Source: Balanoglossus misakiensis
Lineage: Eukaryota > Animalia > Hemichordata
Reading direction: 5' to 3'
Length of the DNA stretch: 64,000 nt
Assembly (NCBI GenBank): GCA_040954595.2
Contig: CM082584.2
Coordinates: 10,386,190 to 10,450,189 of the forward strand
Shown here: piece after piece, positions 1-13,788 of the stretch
How positions within the stretch are numbered: position 1 is the first letter of the stretch
Layout of the letters: every line of letters begins with the position of its first letter
Notes under the pieces: generated by a model
What the model saw: the letters and a program-made list of their open reading frames with translations, nothing else
Databases searched by the model: none
Told to the model about the DNA's origin: nothing
Position numbers and translations under genes: made by a program

Positions 1-2423
1 TCACATCAGAGTACAATTAATGATATCAATCCCTCGGATTAAACTGAATTAATGGCGGCATTTTCTCCGTAAGTTGTTTCTCTTGTTATACAAGGCGCCT
101 ACCTGACTACAACAAATCCACAAGAAAGAGGCGGTAAAACGATTTGATAGATATGCAGACCAATATGCCAGGATGTGAGACTTTTTTTCAATATCTTACC
201 CGGGGCCCAATACTCGTTTCTTCGAATCGGTATATCGTTTCAAAGTTTAACTGTTGATGTCCACGTTTGTTAACTGGGCATCGTCTCTGTGCCATAGACA
301 GAAAACGAGGCTTAATTCCACTGTCTATAATGATGGTGATGTCTTTTAGATAACTGACTGTTTTCAGATACGTCGAAATCAGGGATGGCCAGACCGCAGC
401 TCTTGTGGGGAAAGCAGTTGTGTATTTATATGTTAATTACACCATGACATCAATGTACCGCCGATAGCCCTAGGAGGGGTCATCATGACATGACACGACG
501 CCCTGTCAATCAAAGCAAAATCTCCGTCATCCCTAACAGGTATGGAAGGTATTGCACAGCCAAATGCGGATGATTGCCACTGTATGTCATGTTTCAATTG
601 TAGAAAGACAGTAAATGTTCTGGGTGAAATTTTGACACGTTGTGGGAGAAATAGACCCCCTAGAGTTCCCAAAGGGTCGGTTGGTTGGTGGATAACGATG
701 GACAAAGACTGGCGGAGAAAAGTGTTTCACAATCACGTAACGGACCATACCAGGTATAGAATTCAGTGCATTTTGATATTCGATTAAAACGAATTGTGTT
801 AGCGGAGGATTTGTAACACCATACTTAGCATTTTCCAGCGTTTTTGTTGAATGGATCACATGATTTCCATATGTGTTAAGTCAAATTGTGTATACATCAG
901 TGCATCGTCTTTGTCCGGCGAGGGTGGGTCTCAAACTGATGTATTATAAAGGCAAACAGCCGTGACTACAGAGAAACTTAGCAAAATGAGTAAGCATAGC
1001 CTTAAACTAGATTTAGTCTAGATTCTACCCCGAGTTTCTAAAACTGAAATGAATCACAATCTAAAAACGGTAAATGCGTCATGTTGCAAAGAAATGGTAA
1101 TTCTTGTCCGAAATTTCCTATCGTATAAATACCATACATTTTATTAGATGCAAATACGAAAATTTTCATCCGTCCGAGCGACGTCCATATATTCTTTAAC
1201 ACAATCTAGAAATGACGGTTTTCCTACACGACCTTGCGTACTGCACCTTGACGTGTTTATCTCCTGGGACCCAGGGACAGAAACAGAGTTTTTCAAATAT
1301 TCGTTTTACCAGTAACAGTCTCTATTAATATTGTGCTTAGGTGTTTTGCCGTAATTCTTTCGGGGAGCCGAGCGCCTCCATTGGCTGCCAGGCCAAATAT
1401 GCTAACCCCGCCTTTGTCCCCACCAAATCAGGTTTTAATGGGCCCTCTATGATTGCTTTAGTTTTGTTCTGTTGTGATGAGAAACTCGTTTAAGGATGAA
1501 ATCCACAGTTACAAAACCAGTAAATTAAATTAAGTGGCCCTTTGTTGGTGCCATTCATCTGATTTGTCGATTTCATTGTCGTTGATGACTCCGTAGCAGT
1601 TGGGGCATGGCGATCCGTTCATACGCCTCTCGGGGGTCCTGTGAATTTCAATAGACATCCCCCAATTCGATTACCTTCCATTGAGACAATCTTTATCTAT
1701 ATACGTATAAACGCATTTTTAGCTGAAACCACAAAATGCATTGCGAGCCGCACTCGTCTGGGGCTTCGCCATCCGGCTAGTGTGCTCGTTAAGTACGTGA
1801 AGCGAGAAAATTGAACTCCCAAGACGGCGTGTCAGCGAAGTAGGAAAATAATTAGTCTAATGCATGAAGGAGACACGCAATCACGGCGATGAGATTTATT
1901 TGGTAAAACAGATCACCCGTTTTCATTTTGCCGTCACACTGCGTATTTTCTTAGTTGAAGATTATGCATGGCTCGGTGATAGATAATTATCGAATTGTCG
2001 TCACAAAAACCCTGCACTGGACGGGAATTGGGTAATTAGAAAAAAAGCTGACAGCTCTAATCGTTCTGACACTCCATTTGTTAGCTTTCCCTTCTCATTG
2101 TCAGAAAGAAACATATTCGTATGAGTCCGTTACCTAACGCGCAGATGCAATTGATTTGGAAGCTAATACGGCTAGATACTAGACTAGTACATTTCATAAG
2201 TTTAGATAAAGGACTTTGCGAGTATTGGTAATTCCTCAGCTCAGATGCGGAATTAGACAGATTAAATCCCGAGATGACGTATTACAATTTAGCTCCGCAG
2301 ATCATAGCATACCCGCCTATGTACATAATTGAACATTAAGTTTTTCGCTAATACTAGTATTCATTTATCGATTTCTGATCTGGATAAAAAGAATGTCTCA
2401 TATTATAAAATCAATATTCATTG

Positions 2424-2503
2424 TACTGTGCTGTGCTGTGCTGTTCTGCACTGTTCTATGACGTACTGTAACATAACATAACATAACATAACGTAATGTA
2501 CTG
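2424..2503. repeat. Short (GCTGT)n/(AACAT)n pentanucleotide microsatellite
   Basis: tactgtgctgtgctgtgctgttctgcactgt followed by aacataacataacataacataac. Confidence 0.75.
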
Positions 2504-4618
2504 TGAGCTGCCATTTCGAAATGACCGATTACTTTCATTAGGAAAAACAGAGCGCGATCTTTATAAATGTAAAATTCTATTTGGAGAACGCCGAATCCGT
2601 TTACTTCTTTTTTTATGGACGAGGAAAAGCACAGTCTATCACAAACGCGATGGCTACATTAGCACCTTTCCTATATAGTCACGCTGACCAGAGCTAATTT
2701 TTATTGGAAGTTAGCCGAGCAGACTATTGTAGCATCATTTATATTAGCGCCTCATTTTGCCGAAGTCACCGAACTGTGAGATGACACTGGTAATCGCATT
2801 ATAGTGACCAGCTTTTGAATTCTCAACGCTACACTAAAGCGCACTCCTATGCATTTCCCTTTCATTTCAGCTCCGCTGATGGGTGGCCACTGGGGGGATG
2901 CGCCCAATGGGGCTGGCTGACACACACAGGAAGCGACGGAAATCTCTCTCGGCCACCCTTGTCAACACCCTTAAAAGTGAACCAACTTACGAGGGATTAT
3001 TAGATTTGTAGCGCAAAGACGTTGATCGGTGTTGATCACCATTTGGCGTGGCCGTTCCCGGTCGTTAACGTGATTGAATTAGTCGCCGATCACTCCGCAA
3101 ACTGTTTGTCAGTATCTGCCGGCTACCTTTCCCTAATAAGGCAATTTCCCTTCGCCGATAAGTCAATTCCCCTCAATAACTCCACTAGAGATCGGTACAA
3201 TATTTGCTATTAACTTCATAATATTTCTCCACGGCAGGCACGCTGATTCAATTACCTACCCTAGTAACAAAAACAGTTTTCTTTCCCGCCAATAAATTGA
3301 GTCTAATTTCCCTCGTGATTTCTGATTCCAAGTGGATTAACAAGGAATATTTCCTGCTGGAAATATTCTTGAGAAGGAATGCCGGTTTATATTCTACTAT
3401 CTGAAGTGCTGCGGGAATATGTACCATTCATGGCAATCAACGCCGTCGCAATTGAATCCGCTCCTAATAATGTCACCTTGTCAACAAGGTGTTTCCGTCG
3501 CTAAGTTGGTAATAGTCTTGTTGCGTCCACGTCATTGTCAACCTTATTATAAATAACTTGCATATGGACAAAATTCTTGGAATATATAACTGCTTTCAAC
3601 GTAACCATTCAAATGGTATCCCACGGGATTACCTGGCCATGTTACAATGTTTCACTCACTAAGTAACTCACTCACTCTCCCTCGCTCACTCAAGTCACAT
3701 CAAGCTCCCCCCCCCCATCTAGGCCTACCACTCACCCACCCACCCACCCATCAAAAATCCACTCCCCACATGCTCGTTCCTATAGTTGCCAATGAGGGCG
3801 GGCTTTTAAGGAAAGCAGGCTCTTGTGTTTTGAGGTGTGTGATCAGTTCCAAGAATGTATTAGTACACCATATTCTTCATAAAACTTGATAAAAACAAAT
3901 GACCCGATCGCTTCTTTAGATATCAACCCAGGAACTTCAACTTTTGTCTTTTTTTCTCTCAATATTTCCGGGTTTTTTTATCAACAGACATGCTCAGTGT
4001 TTGGATCTTTCAACACAGCTCTTTTGTAGTACTCTGCATTGTTATTGCTATTGTTGATAATTGAATCCAAGTCAGTATTAGAATAAAATTACTCCTCATG
4101 GAAGGAAAGTCTGTCTTTTCCCGGAGATTTGAGAGTCAAAAATATTTTATTATCGACAAATCATCTGGCCCCGCCGATATGAAATACCTTAAAGATGCGT
4201 ATTTTAGCTAACGTTTTTTTTTTTTTAACTGCTATTTTCTATGTCAAATTTATGTGGTACTAAGTTACATTCATCGACTAACGATAGGTACCCGACGGAC
4301 GTCATCTTTTCTATTGTTCGCATTCGCGCATGAGCTTTGGGCGATGAGGGCGACATGCATAGACAATATCCCGCGGTGTGACAGATACTTTCTACGATTA
4401 AAATCATTCCCTTCCAATGTCAAGAGAGGCTGCAAAATGAAATGTTTCACATTTGTTAATTAAAATTGTGTACAGTGAAGACTCGTATATCCAGTTGTTT
4501 CCCGTCCGGAAGGTTGACGCACGACAGTGAATCCTCGTCATGCTAATCAAACGCCTACATTGTACACAAAAAAGAGACCCTCGCTCCAGGGTGGTCTATG
4601 CACAAACCTAACAACTGT

Positions 4619-7600
4619 CCCATCCATCCATCCATCCATCCTCCATCCATCCATCCTCCATCCATCCATCCATCCACCCACCCACCCACCCATCCACCCA
4701 CCCACCCATCCCACCCACCCACCCATCCACCCACCCACCCACCCACCCACCCACCCACCCACCCACCCACCCACACACCCACCCACCCACCCATCCACCC
4801 ACCCACCCACCCATCCACCCACCCACCCACCAACCCACCCACCCACCCACCCAATAACCCACCCACCCACCCACCCACCCACCCATACACCCACCCACCC
4901 ATCCACCCACCCACCCACCCACCCATCCACCCACCCACCCACCCATCCACCCACCCACCCATCCACCCACCCACCCATCCACCCACCCACCCATCCCACC
5001 CATCCACCCACCAACCCACCCACCCACCCACCCACCCACCCACCCACCCATCCACCCACCCACCCACCCATCCACCCACCCACCCACCCATCCACCCACC
5101 AACCCACCCACCCACCCACCCATACACCCACCCACCCATCCACCCACCCACCCACCCACCCATCCACCCACCCACCCACCCATCCACCCACCCACCCACC
5201 CATCCACCCACCCACCCATCCACCCACCCACCCATCCCACCCATCCACCCACCAACCCACCCACCCACCCACCCACCCACCCACCCATCCACCCACCCAC
5301 CCACCCATCCACCCACCCACCCACCCATCCACCCACCAACCCAATCCACCCACCCACCCATCCACCCACCCACCCATCCACCCATCCACCCACCCACCCA
5401 CCCACCCATCCACCCATCCACCCACCCACCCATCCACCCACCCACCCATCCCACCCATCCACCCACCAACCCACCCACCCACCCACCCACCCATCCACCC
5501 ACCCATCCACCCACCCACCCATCCACCCACCCACCCACCCATCCACCCACCAACCCACCCACCCACCCACCCACCCACCCACCCATCCACCCATCCACCC
5601 ACCCACCCACCCATCCACCCACCCACCCACCCATCCACCCACCCATCCACCCACCCACCCACCCACCCACCCACCCACCCACCCACCCACCCACCCACCC
5701 ACCCACCCATCCACCCACCCACCCATCCACCCACCCACCCACCCATCCACCCACCAACCCACCCACCCACCCACCCATCCACCCACCCACCCATACACCC
5801 ATCCACCCACCCATCCACCCACCCACCCACCCATCCACCCACCCACCCACCCATCCATCCACCCACCCACCCATCCACCCACCATCCCACCCACCCACCC
5901 ACCCACCCACCCATCCACCCACCCATCCACCCACCCACCCATCCACCCACCCACCCATCCACCCACCAACCCACCCACCCACCCACCCATCCACCCACCC
6001 ACCCATCCACCCATCCACCCACCCACCCACCCATCCACCCACCCACCCATCCACCCACCCACCCACCCATCCATCCACCCACCCACCCATCCACACACCC
6101 ACCCACCCACCCACCCACCCATCCACCCACCTACCCACCCACCCACCCACCCATCCATCCACCCACCCACCCACCCATCCACCCACCCATCCACCAACCC
6201 ACCCACCAACCCACCCACCCACCCATCCATCCACCCACCCACCCATCCACCCATACACCCACCCACCCATCCACCCACCCACCCACCCACCCACCCACCC
6301 ACCCACCCACCCATCCACCCAATAACCCACCCACCCACCCATCCACCCACCCATCCACCCACCCACCCATCCACCCATACACCCATCCACCCATACACCC
6401 ACCCACCCACCCATCCACCCATACACCCACCCACCCACCCACCCATCCACCCACCCACCCATCCACCCACCCACCCACCCATCCGCCAACCCACCCACCC
6501 ATCCACCCATACACCCACCCATCCACCCATACACCCACCCACCCATCCACCCACCCACCCACCCATCCACCCATCCACCCACCCACCCACCCATCCACCC
6601 ACCCATCCACCCACCCATCCACCCATACACCCATCCACCCACCCATACACCCACCCACCCATCCACCCACCCATCCACCCATCCACCCACCCACCCACCC
6701 ATCCACCAACCCATCCACCCACCCATCCACCCATACACCCATCCACCCACCCATCCACCCATACACCCACCCACCCATCCACCCACCCATCCACCCACCC
6801 ACCCATCCACCCACCCATCCACCCACCCACCCATCCACCCACCCACCCACCCACCCATCCACCCACCCACCCACCCATCCACCCACCCACCCACCCATCC
6901 ACCCACCCATCCACCCACCCACCCATCCACCCACCCATCCACCCACCCACCCATCCACCCATACACCCACCCACCCACCCACCCATCCACCCACCCACCC
7001 ACCCACCCACCCATCCACCCAATAACCCACCCACCCACCCATCCACCCAATAACCCACCCACCCACCCACCCATCCACCCACCCATCCACCCACCCACCC
7101 ACCCATCCACCCATACACCCACCCACCCACCCATCCACCCACCCACCCACCCACCCATCCACCCACCCACCCATCCACCCACCCACCCACCCATCCACCA
7201 ACCCACCCACCCATCCACCCATACACCCATACACCCACCCATCCACCCATACACCCACCCACCCATCCACCCACCCACCCACCCACCCATCCACCCACCC
7301 ATCCACCCATACACCCATCCACCCACCCATCCACCCATACACCCATCCACCCACCCACCCATCCACCCACCCACCCACCCATCCACCCACCCACCCACCC
7401 ACCCACCCATACACCCATCCACCCACCCATCCACCCATACACCCACCCACCCATCCACCCACCCACCCATCCACCCACCCACCCACCCATCCACCCACCC
7501 ATCCACCCACCAATCCACCCACCCACCCACCCATCCACCCACCCACCCACCAACCCACCCACCCACCCACCCAATAACCCACCCACCCACCCACCCACCC

Positions 7601-8737
7601 ACCCATACACCCACCCACCCATCCACCCACCCACCCACCCACCCATCCACCCAATAACCCACCCACCCGTCCACCCATACACCCACCCACCCACCCACCC
7701 ATACACCCACCCACCCATCCACCCACCCACCCACCCACCCATCCACCCATCCACCCACCCACCCACCCACCCATCCACCCACCCATCCACCGACCCATCC
7801 ACCCACCCATCCACCCATACACCCATACACCCACCCATCCACCCATACACCCACCCACCCATCCACCCATCCACCCACCCACCCATCCACCCACCCATCC
7901 ACCCACCCATCCACCCACCCATCCACCCATCCACCCACCCACCCACCCACCCACCCAATAACCCACCCACCCACCCACCCACCCACCCACCAACCCACCC
8001 ACCCACCCACCCAATAACCCACCCACCCACCCACCCACCCACCAACCCACCCACCCACCCACCCAATAACCCACCCACCCACCCACCCATACACCCACCC
8101 ACCCACCCATCCACCCATACACCCATCCACCCACCCACCCACCCACCCATCCACCCACCCACCCACCCACCCATCCACCCACCCACCCATCCACCCACCC
8201 ACCCACCCACCCATCCACCCTCCCATCCACCCATCCACCAACCCACCCACCCACCCACCCATCCACCCAATAACCCACCCACCCACCCATCCACCCACCC
8301 ACCCACCCACCCATCCACCCACCCACCCACCCACCCATCCACCCACCCACCCACCCATCCACCCTCCCATCCACCCATCCACCAACCCACCCACCCACCC
8401 ACCCATCCACCCAATAACCCACCCACCCACCCATCCACCCACCCACCCATCCACCCACCCACCCACCCACCCATCCACCCACCCACCCACCCATCCACCC
8501 ACCCACCCATCCACACACCCACCCATCCACCCACCCACCCATCCACCCACCCACCCATCCACCCACCCACCCACCCACCCATCCACCCACCTACCCACCC
8601 ACCCACCCATCCATCCACCCACCCACCCACCCATCCACCCACCCATCCACCCACCCACCCACCCACCCACCAACCAACCCACCCACCCATCCACCCACCC
8701 ACCCACCCACCCATCCACCCACCCATCCATCCACCCA
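4619..8737. repeat. ~4.1 kb (CCAC/CCAT)n simple-repeat array; (GGGT/GGAT)n on the minus strand
   Basis: Continuous CCAC/CCAT units with recurrent variants (CCAA, CCATACAC, CCAATAAC); explains the multi-frame PTHP/GGWV ORFs. Confidence 0.98.
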
Positions 8738-11700
8738 ACACGTAGTTCACGTCTCATTTCTTCCTATCTCGGTGGGGTGACGGTGGAGTAAAGTTTTTAT
8801 CATGGGCATTATAACCCCTCCCCACTCCCAATTATTATTACCGGGGTTACCTGCCTGGAACCGTTAAAATGTGGCGACCCCATGGCCGTATTTCGGAACC
8901 TAGTCTTGACCTGTGACCCCGTCGTACACAACAAGGGATAACCGTGAACACATTCTTGACCTGGGCCTAGCATGTTTCGGGAGCCATTGAGCATTTATGG
9001 TGGAATATTGTGAGGGGGTGGGGGGTCATCAGTACTAAGACCAGTCTGAGGGTGTTGAAACGTTGTGACCCTAGGGATAAATAGTAAGCAGTAGTTACCG
9101 TCTATTACTTGCAATCATGCTGGCAGTTGTGGGTAATAAACACCCGGCTATTTGATTTAAGGTTTTACTTTATTTTTCACCAAAATATGTTTACATTCCC
9201 AAAGATCCTGTTTGTCCAAAGTGAATAGAGTTTATTCAGGGACAACTTCAATTCACTTCACACAAGCCTTTTTATCGTATCCTTCACGTTGTGAAGTGTT
9301 TGGCGCTCTTGACCAAGATGACGACCTTCGAGACATCCTCCGACACAAGGGTTTTATTGTAATTAGGAAGACGGTTGTAATTCTACCATTGTTTGAACAA
9401 TGGAATACACGGCAGATATTGTCAAAGGCTCAACGGTGTTAAAAATGAATTCCAAGTGGACTTACTCTCATATTTCGGACATTTAAAATTAGGTGGACTG
9501 TTGAACACTGTAGTATATCTTGACAGACATATTATTAAACAAAGGGAAAATATTCAGACAGCGTCGCCTGTACAGTAGCAAATATTCTGTTCTGTGATTA
9601 ATTGACATCGTGAGAGAGAAAAAATTATTGACCCAAACGATTGTTACATTTTGGGGTAGATATGTGATAAGCACATTTTGAAGTTCATCGTCTTCTCATT
9701 AAAGGGACAAAGTCTCTCTTTCGCTGCCCTTTGTCCCTTTAATAGATAATCACAAGATAAGCTGTCAACTTTATTTTGACGCTGCCTGCGTCCAATCTTT
9801 TGATTCGTGTCAGCAAATATTCCTCAGATCGATAAAGCGTTGTTAAATCATTTGGATGAATTATTGGACTGCTAATAGCGTGTACAAGGATCACGGCGAC
9901 TGGAGTGGCATTCCTCAGCATCCGTGTATCGCATTGGTCATCACGTTGGCAATTAGCCGCGACCAGGTTCGAAATCAGTCTGACCTGAGGTCGGCATCGA
10001 AAGGTCAACACTCCGAGCATTGGATAATAAGATAGTACACCGATACCTCTGCCCAACAGGTGACGTCGGCCCATCGAACAGGTGAGATTTTCGTGCCAGC
10101 CTCTGGGGGCTTCCTCGTTCGCTGCTCCGTAACTCGTTGTACAAATTCTTGCGCGCTTGTTTTAATACCGGCAACTCGCAATCAAAGAGACATTCGAATC
10201 GACATAAGTCACGCAAATATCATTGACGATCATACAGACATGCTTATCAACATAGCATACAACTTGCTTGTGTCACGTTACGACATACATGTACATGTAT
10301 TTACTGATTGAGGTCTCATAGTAGTTAAAGTTTTAGCTTCATGTCCCGAAGGTTTATTTTATTCGGTAAAATAACTTCACACGTTAAGTTGTTTTGTCTT
10401 TTCGTGGTACTACAGTGATGGGCAGTTTAGACCTTTGATGATTTTGTAAACCTGTCTTAACATTTGCGACCAGCAAATTCGCCAGACTGTTCTTCTGATC
10501 AAATCTGGCAGATTACGTGATAACCGCGTCGACACAGTTCCTTTGCCGAGTTTTGTTTGTCTAACAGATCAGAATAGTCCTGTCTGTGACGAAATATTGT
10601 TACGGCTTTACCAACGCTTTGAAATTATTTGTAAAAAAAACACTGATGTACGACAGTTAATAGTGTCTTCATAAAACAATCGATATTGGCCAAGTGAATG
10701 CTGGGAAATATCGCAGCACAACCCACTTACGTTATCTCGTTGTCATGTCGACAGATCTCATTATAGTGATCAGGTGATATAATTCATCGTCGCGGCATCC
10801 GAGGTTTGAAGCAAAAATAATATGCTGTGAAAAAAAAACAAGTCAAACATCAAGTGAATTTTGTGTGCTTGCGTAATTAATTATGATTTTTTTTTATTTA
10901 GTATCCCGTACTTTTCTTCTGGACGCGACATAGTCTCACTTGCTGCGCTTGTCCCCCGACACTGTTGACAGTGAAGGAGGGAGATGGTGGTTCCATCAGG
11001 GTATTCCCTTCAAGTGTTTGACAGAGGGACAATACATGTTCTGGGCAGGTCTTTGTTGTCCAAGGTAAATAGTTGACGTTAGTACCAGCTGAGAGCCACT
11101 TTAAATATGATAACAGCCCAACACAACAAAAATGCCAATAAGGACGTTTTGCGTCGTGGCTTCGGTCCTCCTCTCAGAAGTTCATGGCAGAATGCGACGA
11201 TTTTTTATATCACCATTTTACTTTGACCATTCCGCGTTCCTCATAAAGACTCGTGGCAGAGTGCTCCTATATCGAAGTATATCTAACGTTGTGTAAGATT
11301 CCGTCATTGAGAGCTTTTACCCGGTGTTCTCAAAGCTGGTTACTCCCGAAATGACGATTTTTAAAACTTTGTTACCGAGCGTAAAACAGATCAACAATGC
11401 TTATAATTCCGACAAATTCAAAATTTAGACAGGTGATCCGCAAACGCCGCAATAGTCTGACGTTTACAGAATGTTTTATACGAATGAACAATAGTGTGTG
11501 CAGTTATCACGCCGTGACCTTTGACCGCCAAGAACTCGTTGCCGAGATCACTGTGAAACGGGATACAGGATTTCTGCAGGTGGTGGACATAGTTGGGCAA
11601 AGAAAATTCAACTCCTCAACAGCAAGCGGGTTTATTTAAACGGACTGTCGGCTTTTCACATCTCCAAAGATAACCGTGCAAATATTCGCATAGCGGTTGC

Positions 11701-12657
11701 TCTTGTTGACGTGCAAATATAACGGAACACCGCCTCCTCTTTGATCAAGTCCAGGGCCAACATAAGAACGCAAACCACGCTGTGTACTAGAAAGTTTCGC
11801 CAAAAGAATGCAAAACGTTATCGGGGTGGGGGAACATTTTGACGCAGACCCTTTTACCACCAATCAATACATGAACCCCCTAGTTTCTCCACCGGCAACA
11901 ATACGGAATACCCAACCTCAAACGTCATTGATCTCTGTGAGGTGAATTCAAGGACGTGCCCCCTGAAAAAAAGAAAGAACAAAGACGCTACAAGTTCGTA
12001 TTGTGTCGGCATTGTGGTCATTTTTGGGTGTTTCATAAAGTATTCAATCGGGAATCGTCACCGTCATGCCCACAGCTTCCCTTGTTCAGTGGCTTGAGAA
12101 CACGTCTATTGATTTGTTTAGCTTATCGCCGTTTTTTTTTTTTCATGCCGCGCAATGGGCGTTTTTATTATACCTGACCGCCATGAAAAATTAAACACCG
12201 GTAACAATAGCTCAAAGCGACGAAGTGACAAAGAGAATTAGCCGAGAGCAGGGTATGTTGGCGTGGTAAATTCGATCCGTGCAGCGCGTCGGCCAATAGT
12301 GTCCGTTGGAAACGTGTCAGACCAGAGAACGTTGCTTATCAAGGCAGTCCCGTGGTGTTTACTGGTAGCTGCTTTGTTTACTCGCAGAACCAACGGGTAA
12401 ACATTTATACGAGTTGCCGTGTATGGGTCCGTGAATAAGTTCGGTGGGAGTGTTACACCCCTGACCCCGTTGGCGTGTCTACCTGTGACCTATCCGTGTG
12501 TCCCCATAACAGCGCTAGAGTTACCATATTATGTCGAAAGGGCGCTGCGGCGGACGCGCAATTTGAGACCAGTCCGGAGACGGAAACACCGGGGGGCTTC
12601 TAGCGAAGCCGGGACTCACGTTTCTCATATTTGTGTTTTTAACAGGTGGAATACTAG

Positions 12658-13788
12658 ATGAAGGGGTTAAACAGTGACATGAGCACGGTCTTGCACCAGG
12701 CCATTCTGGCGGAGCGTCTACACCAAGTCAGACTTTTGGTGTCGCTCGGTGTCAACATCGAGAAGCGGGACCGGCTCGGCAGGACTCCCCTGATGCTCAC
12801 CTGTGTAATTGACAATCAAGACTATGCCTACAAGATGTTTCAGATTCTCTTGAGACACGACGCCTTTCCGAATGTCCGCGATCACTACGGGAGGACGGTG
12901 CTTAACTACGCGTGTATCTACGGCAGAGAGAGAATGGTGAGGCGACTGCTCCGTGAAGAAATCTTGGAGATCAATTTCACCGACGACAACGACGACACGC
13001 CGCTGAACCATGCCGCAATCAACGGCAATCTTGACATTGTGCGAATGATTGTGAAACAGCTGACCAGGTTCGGTCTTCCCATCGACGTGCGGAATAAGCA
13101 GGGCTACACGGCGTTGCTGTTGGCTTCCAAACACGGTAACTATGAATGTGCCCATGTGCTACTGACGGACGGACGGGCCTCGGTGAGTTCGCGAGACAAC
13201 GAGTGTTTCATGAACGCGGCCGAGTGGGCCAGGCAGAGCCACGACGACTTTGCCGAGTCGGTGAAAATGAAAGACAGGGTGACATCAGGGCCCCAACGTC
13301 CGACGAAACGGGCGTGGGTTCAAACCACGAGCCCCCTGTCCGGATACACGACAATCCCACAGTCACCGAACGACCACGAACAGTCCCTGCCGCCGATAAG
13401 CACCACGTCAACGCCGCGGACGCGGTACAGACCCGACAGCATTGTGTCCCAGCTGAGGTACCAGCAGGACTCCCTGAGCACATTTATGGGCAGCCTCGAG
13501 GCGAGACAGAAAAGTGCCATTGCCAGCCGGCGGAGCAGGCCACCGTCAACGGTGAGCTCTATGCTGACACCGCTGATCTCCAACGGACCCGAATTCCTGG
13601 CCGGCGGCAAGAGGCGCCACACCATGGTGGACGACCTGCGAAAGCTATTTGATATTTACCAAGAACAATTATCGTTCCGTCCAATATCAACACCCCCAGA
13701 CTTTCACGCCACCCCAACGAGACTAGAAGTCACCAGCGTCATGTCGCACTCGCCCCTAGTACCTGTTATCAGAGAACCACCTTCGTAA
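12658..13788 (+). CDS. Ankyrin-repeat protein, ANKRD63/ANKRD34-like, single coding exon (376 aa)
   Basis: Clean ORF with about 5 ANK repeats (GRTPLMLTC, GRTVLNYAC, DDTPLNHAA, GYTALLLAS) and a Ser/Pro/Arg-rich tail. LTRFGLPIDVRNKQGYTALLLASKHGNYEC resembles the ANKRD63 pattern (recognised from memory, no search run). A splice-acceptor-like ttgtgtttttaacAG ends at 12645, suggesting a 5'UTR intron. Confidence 0.9.
   Translation: MKGLNSDMSTVLHQAILAERLHQVRLLVSLGVNIEKRDRLGRTPLMLTCVIDNQDYAYKMFQILLRHDAFPNVRDHYGRTVLNYACIYGRERMVRRLLREEILEINFTDDNDDTPLNHAAINGNLDIVRMIVKQLTRFGLPIDVRNKQGYTALLLASKHGNYECAHVLLTDGRASVSSRDNECFMNAAEWARQSHDDFAESVKMKDRVTSGPQRPTKRAWVQTTSPLSGYTTIPQSPNDHEQSLPPISTTSTPRTRYRPDSIVSQLRYQQDSLSTFMGSLEARQKSAIASRRSRPPSTVSSMLTPLISNGPEFLAGGKRRHTMVDDLRKLFDIYQEQLSFRPISTPPDFHATPTRLEVTSVMSHSPLVPVIREPPS

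Noticed and set aside
1-470. Possible terminal exons (donor at 175, acceptor at 367) with an in-frame TGA at 104
   Set aside because: No coherent exon chain, recognisable protein or SECIS could be established.
4527-8757. Giant ORFs (527-1400 aa) of PTHP or GGWV repeats on both strands
   Set aside because: They are by-products of a tetranucleotide repeat that rarely generates stops; they are open in many frames at once, with no signal peptide or unique domain.
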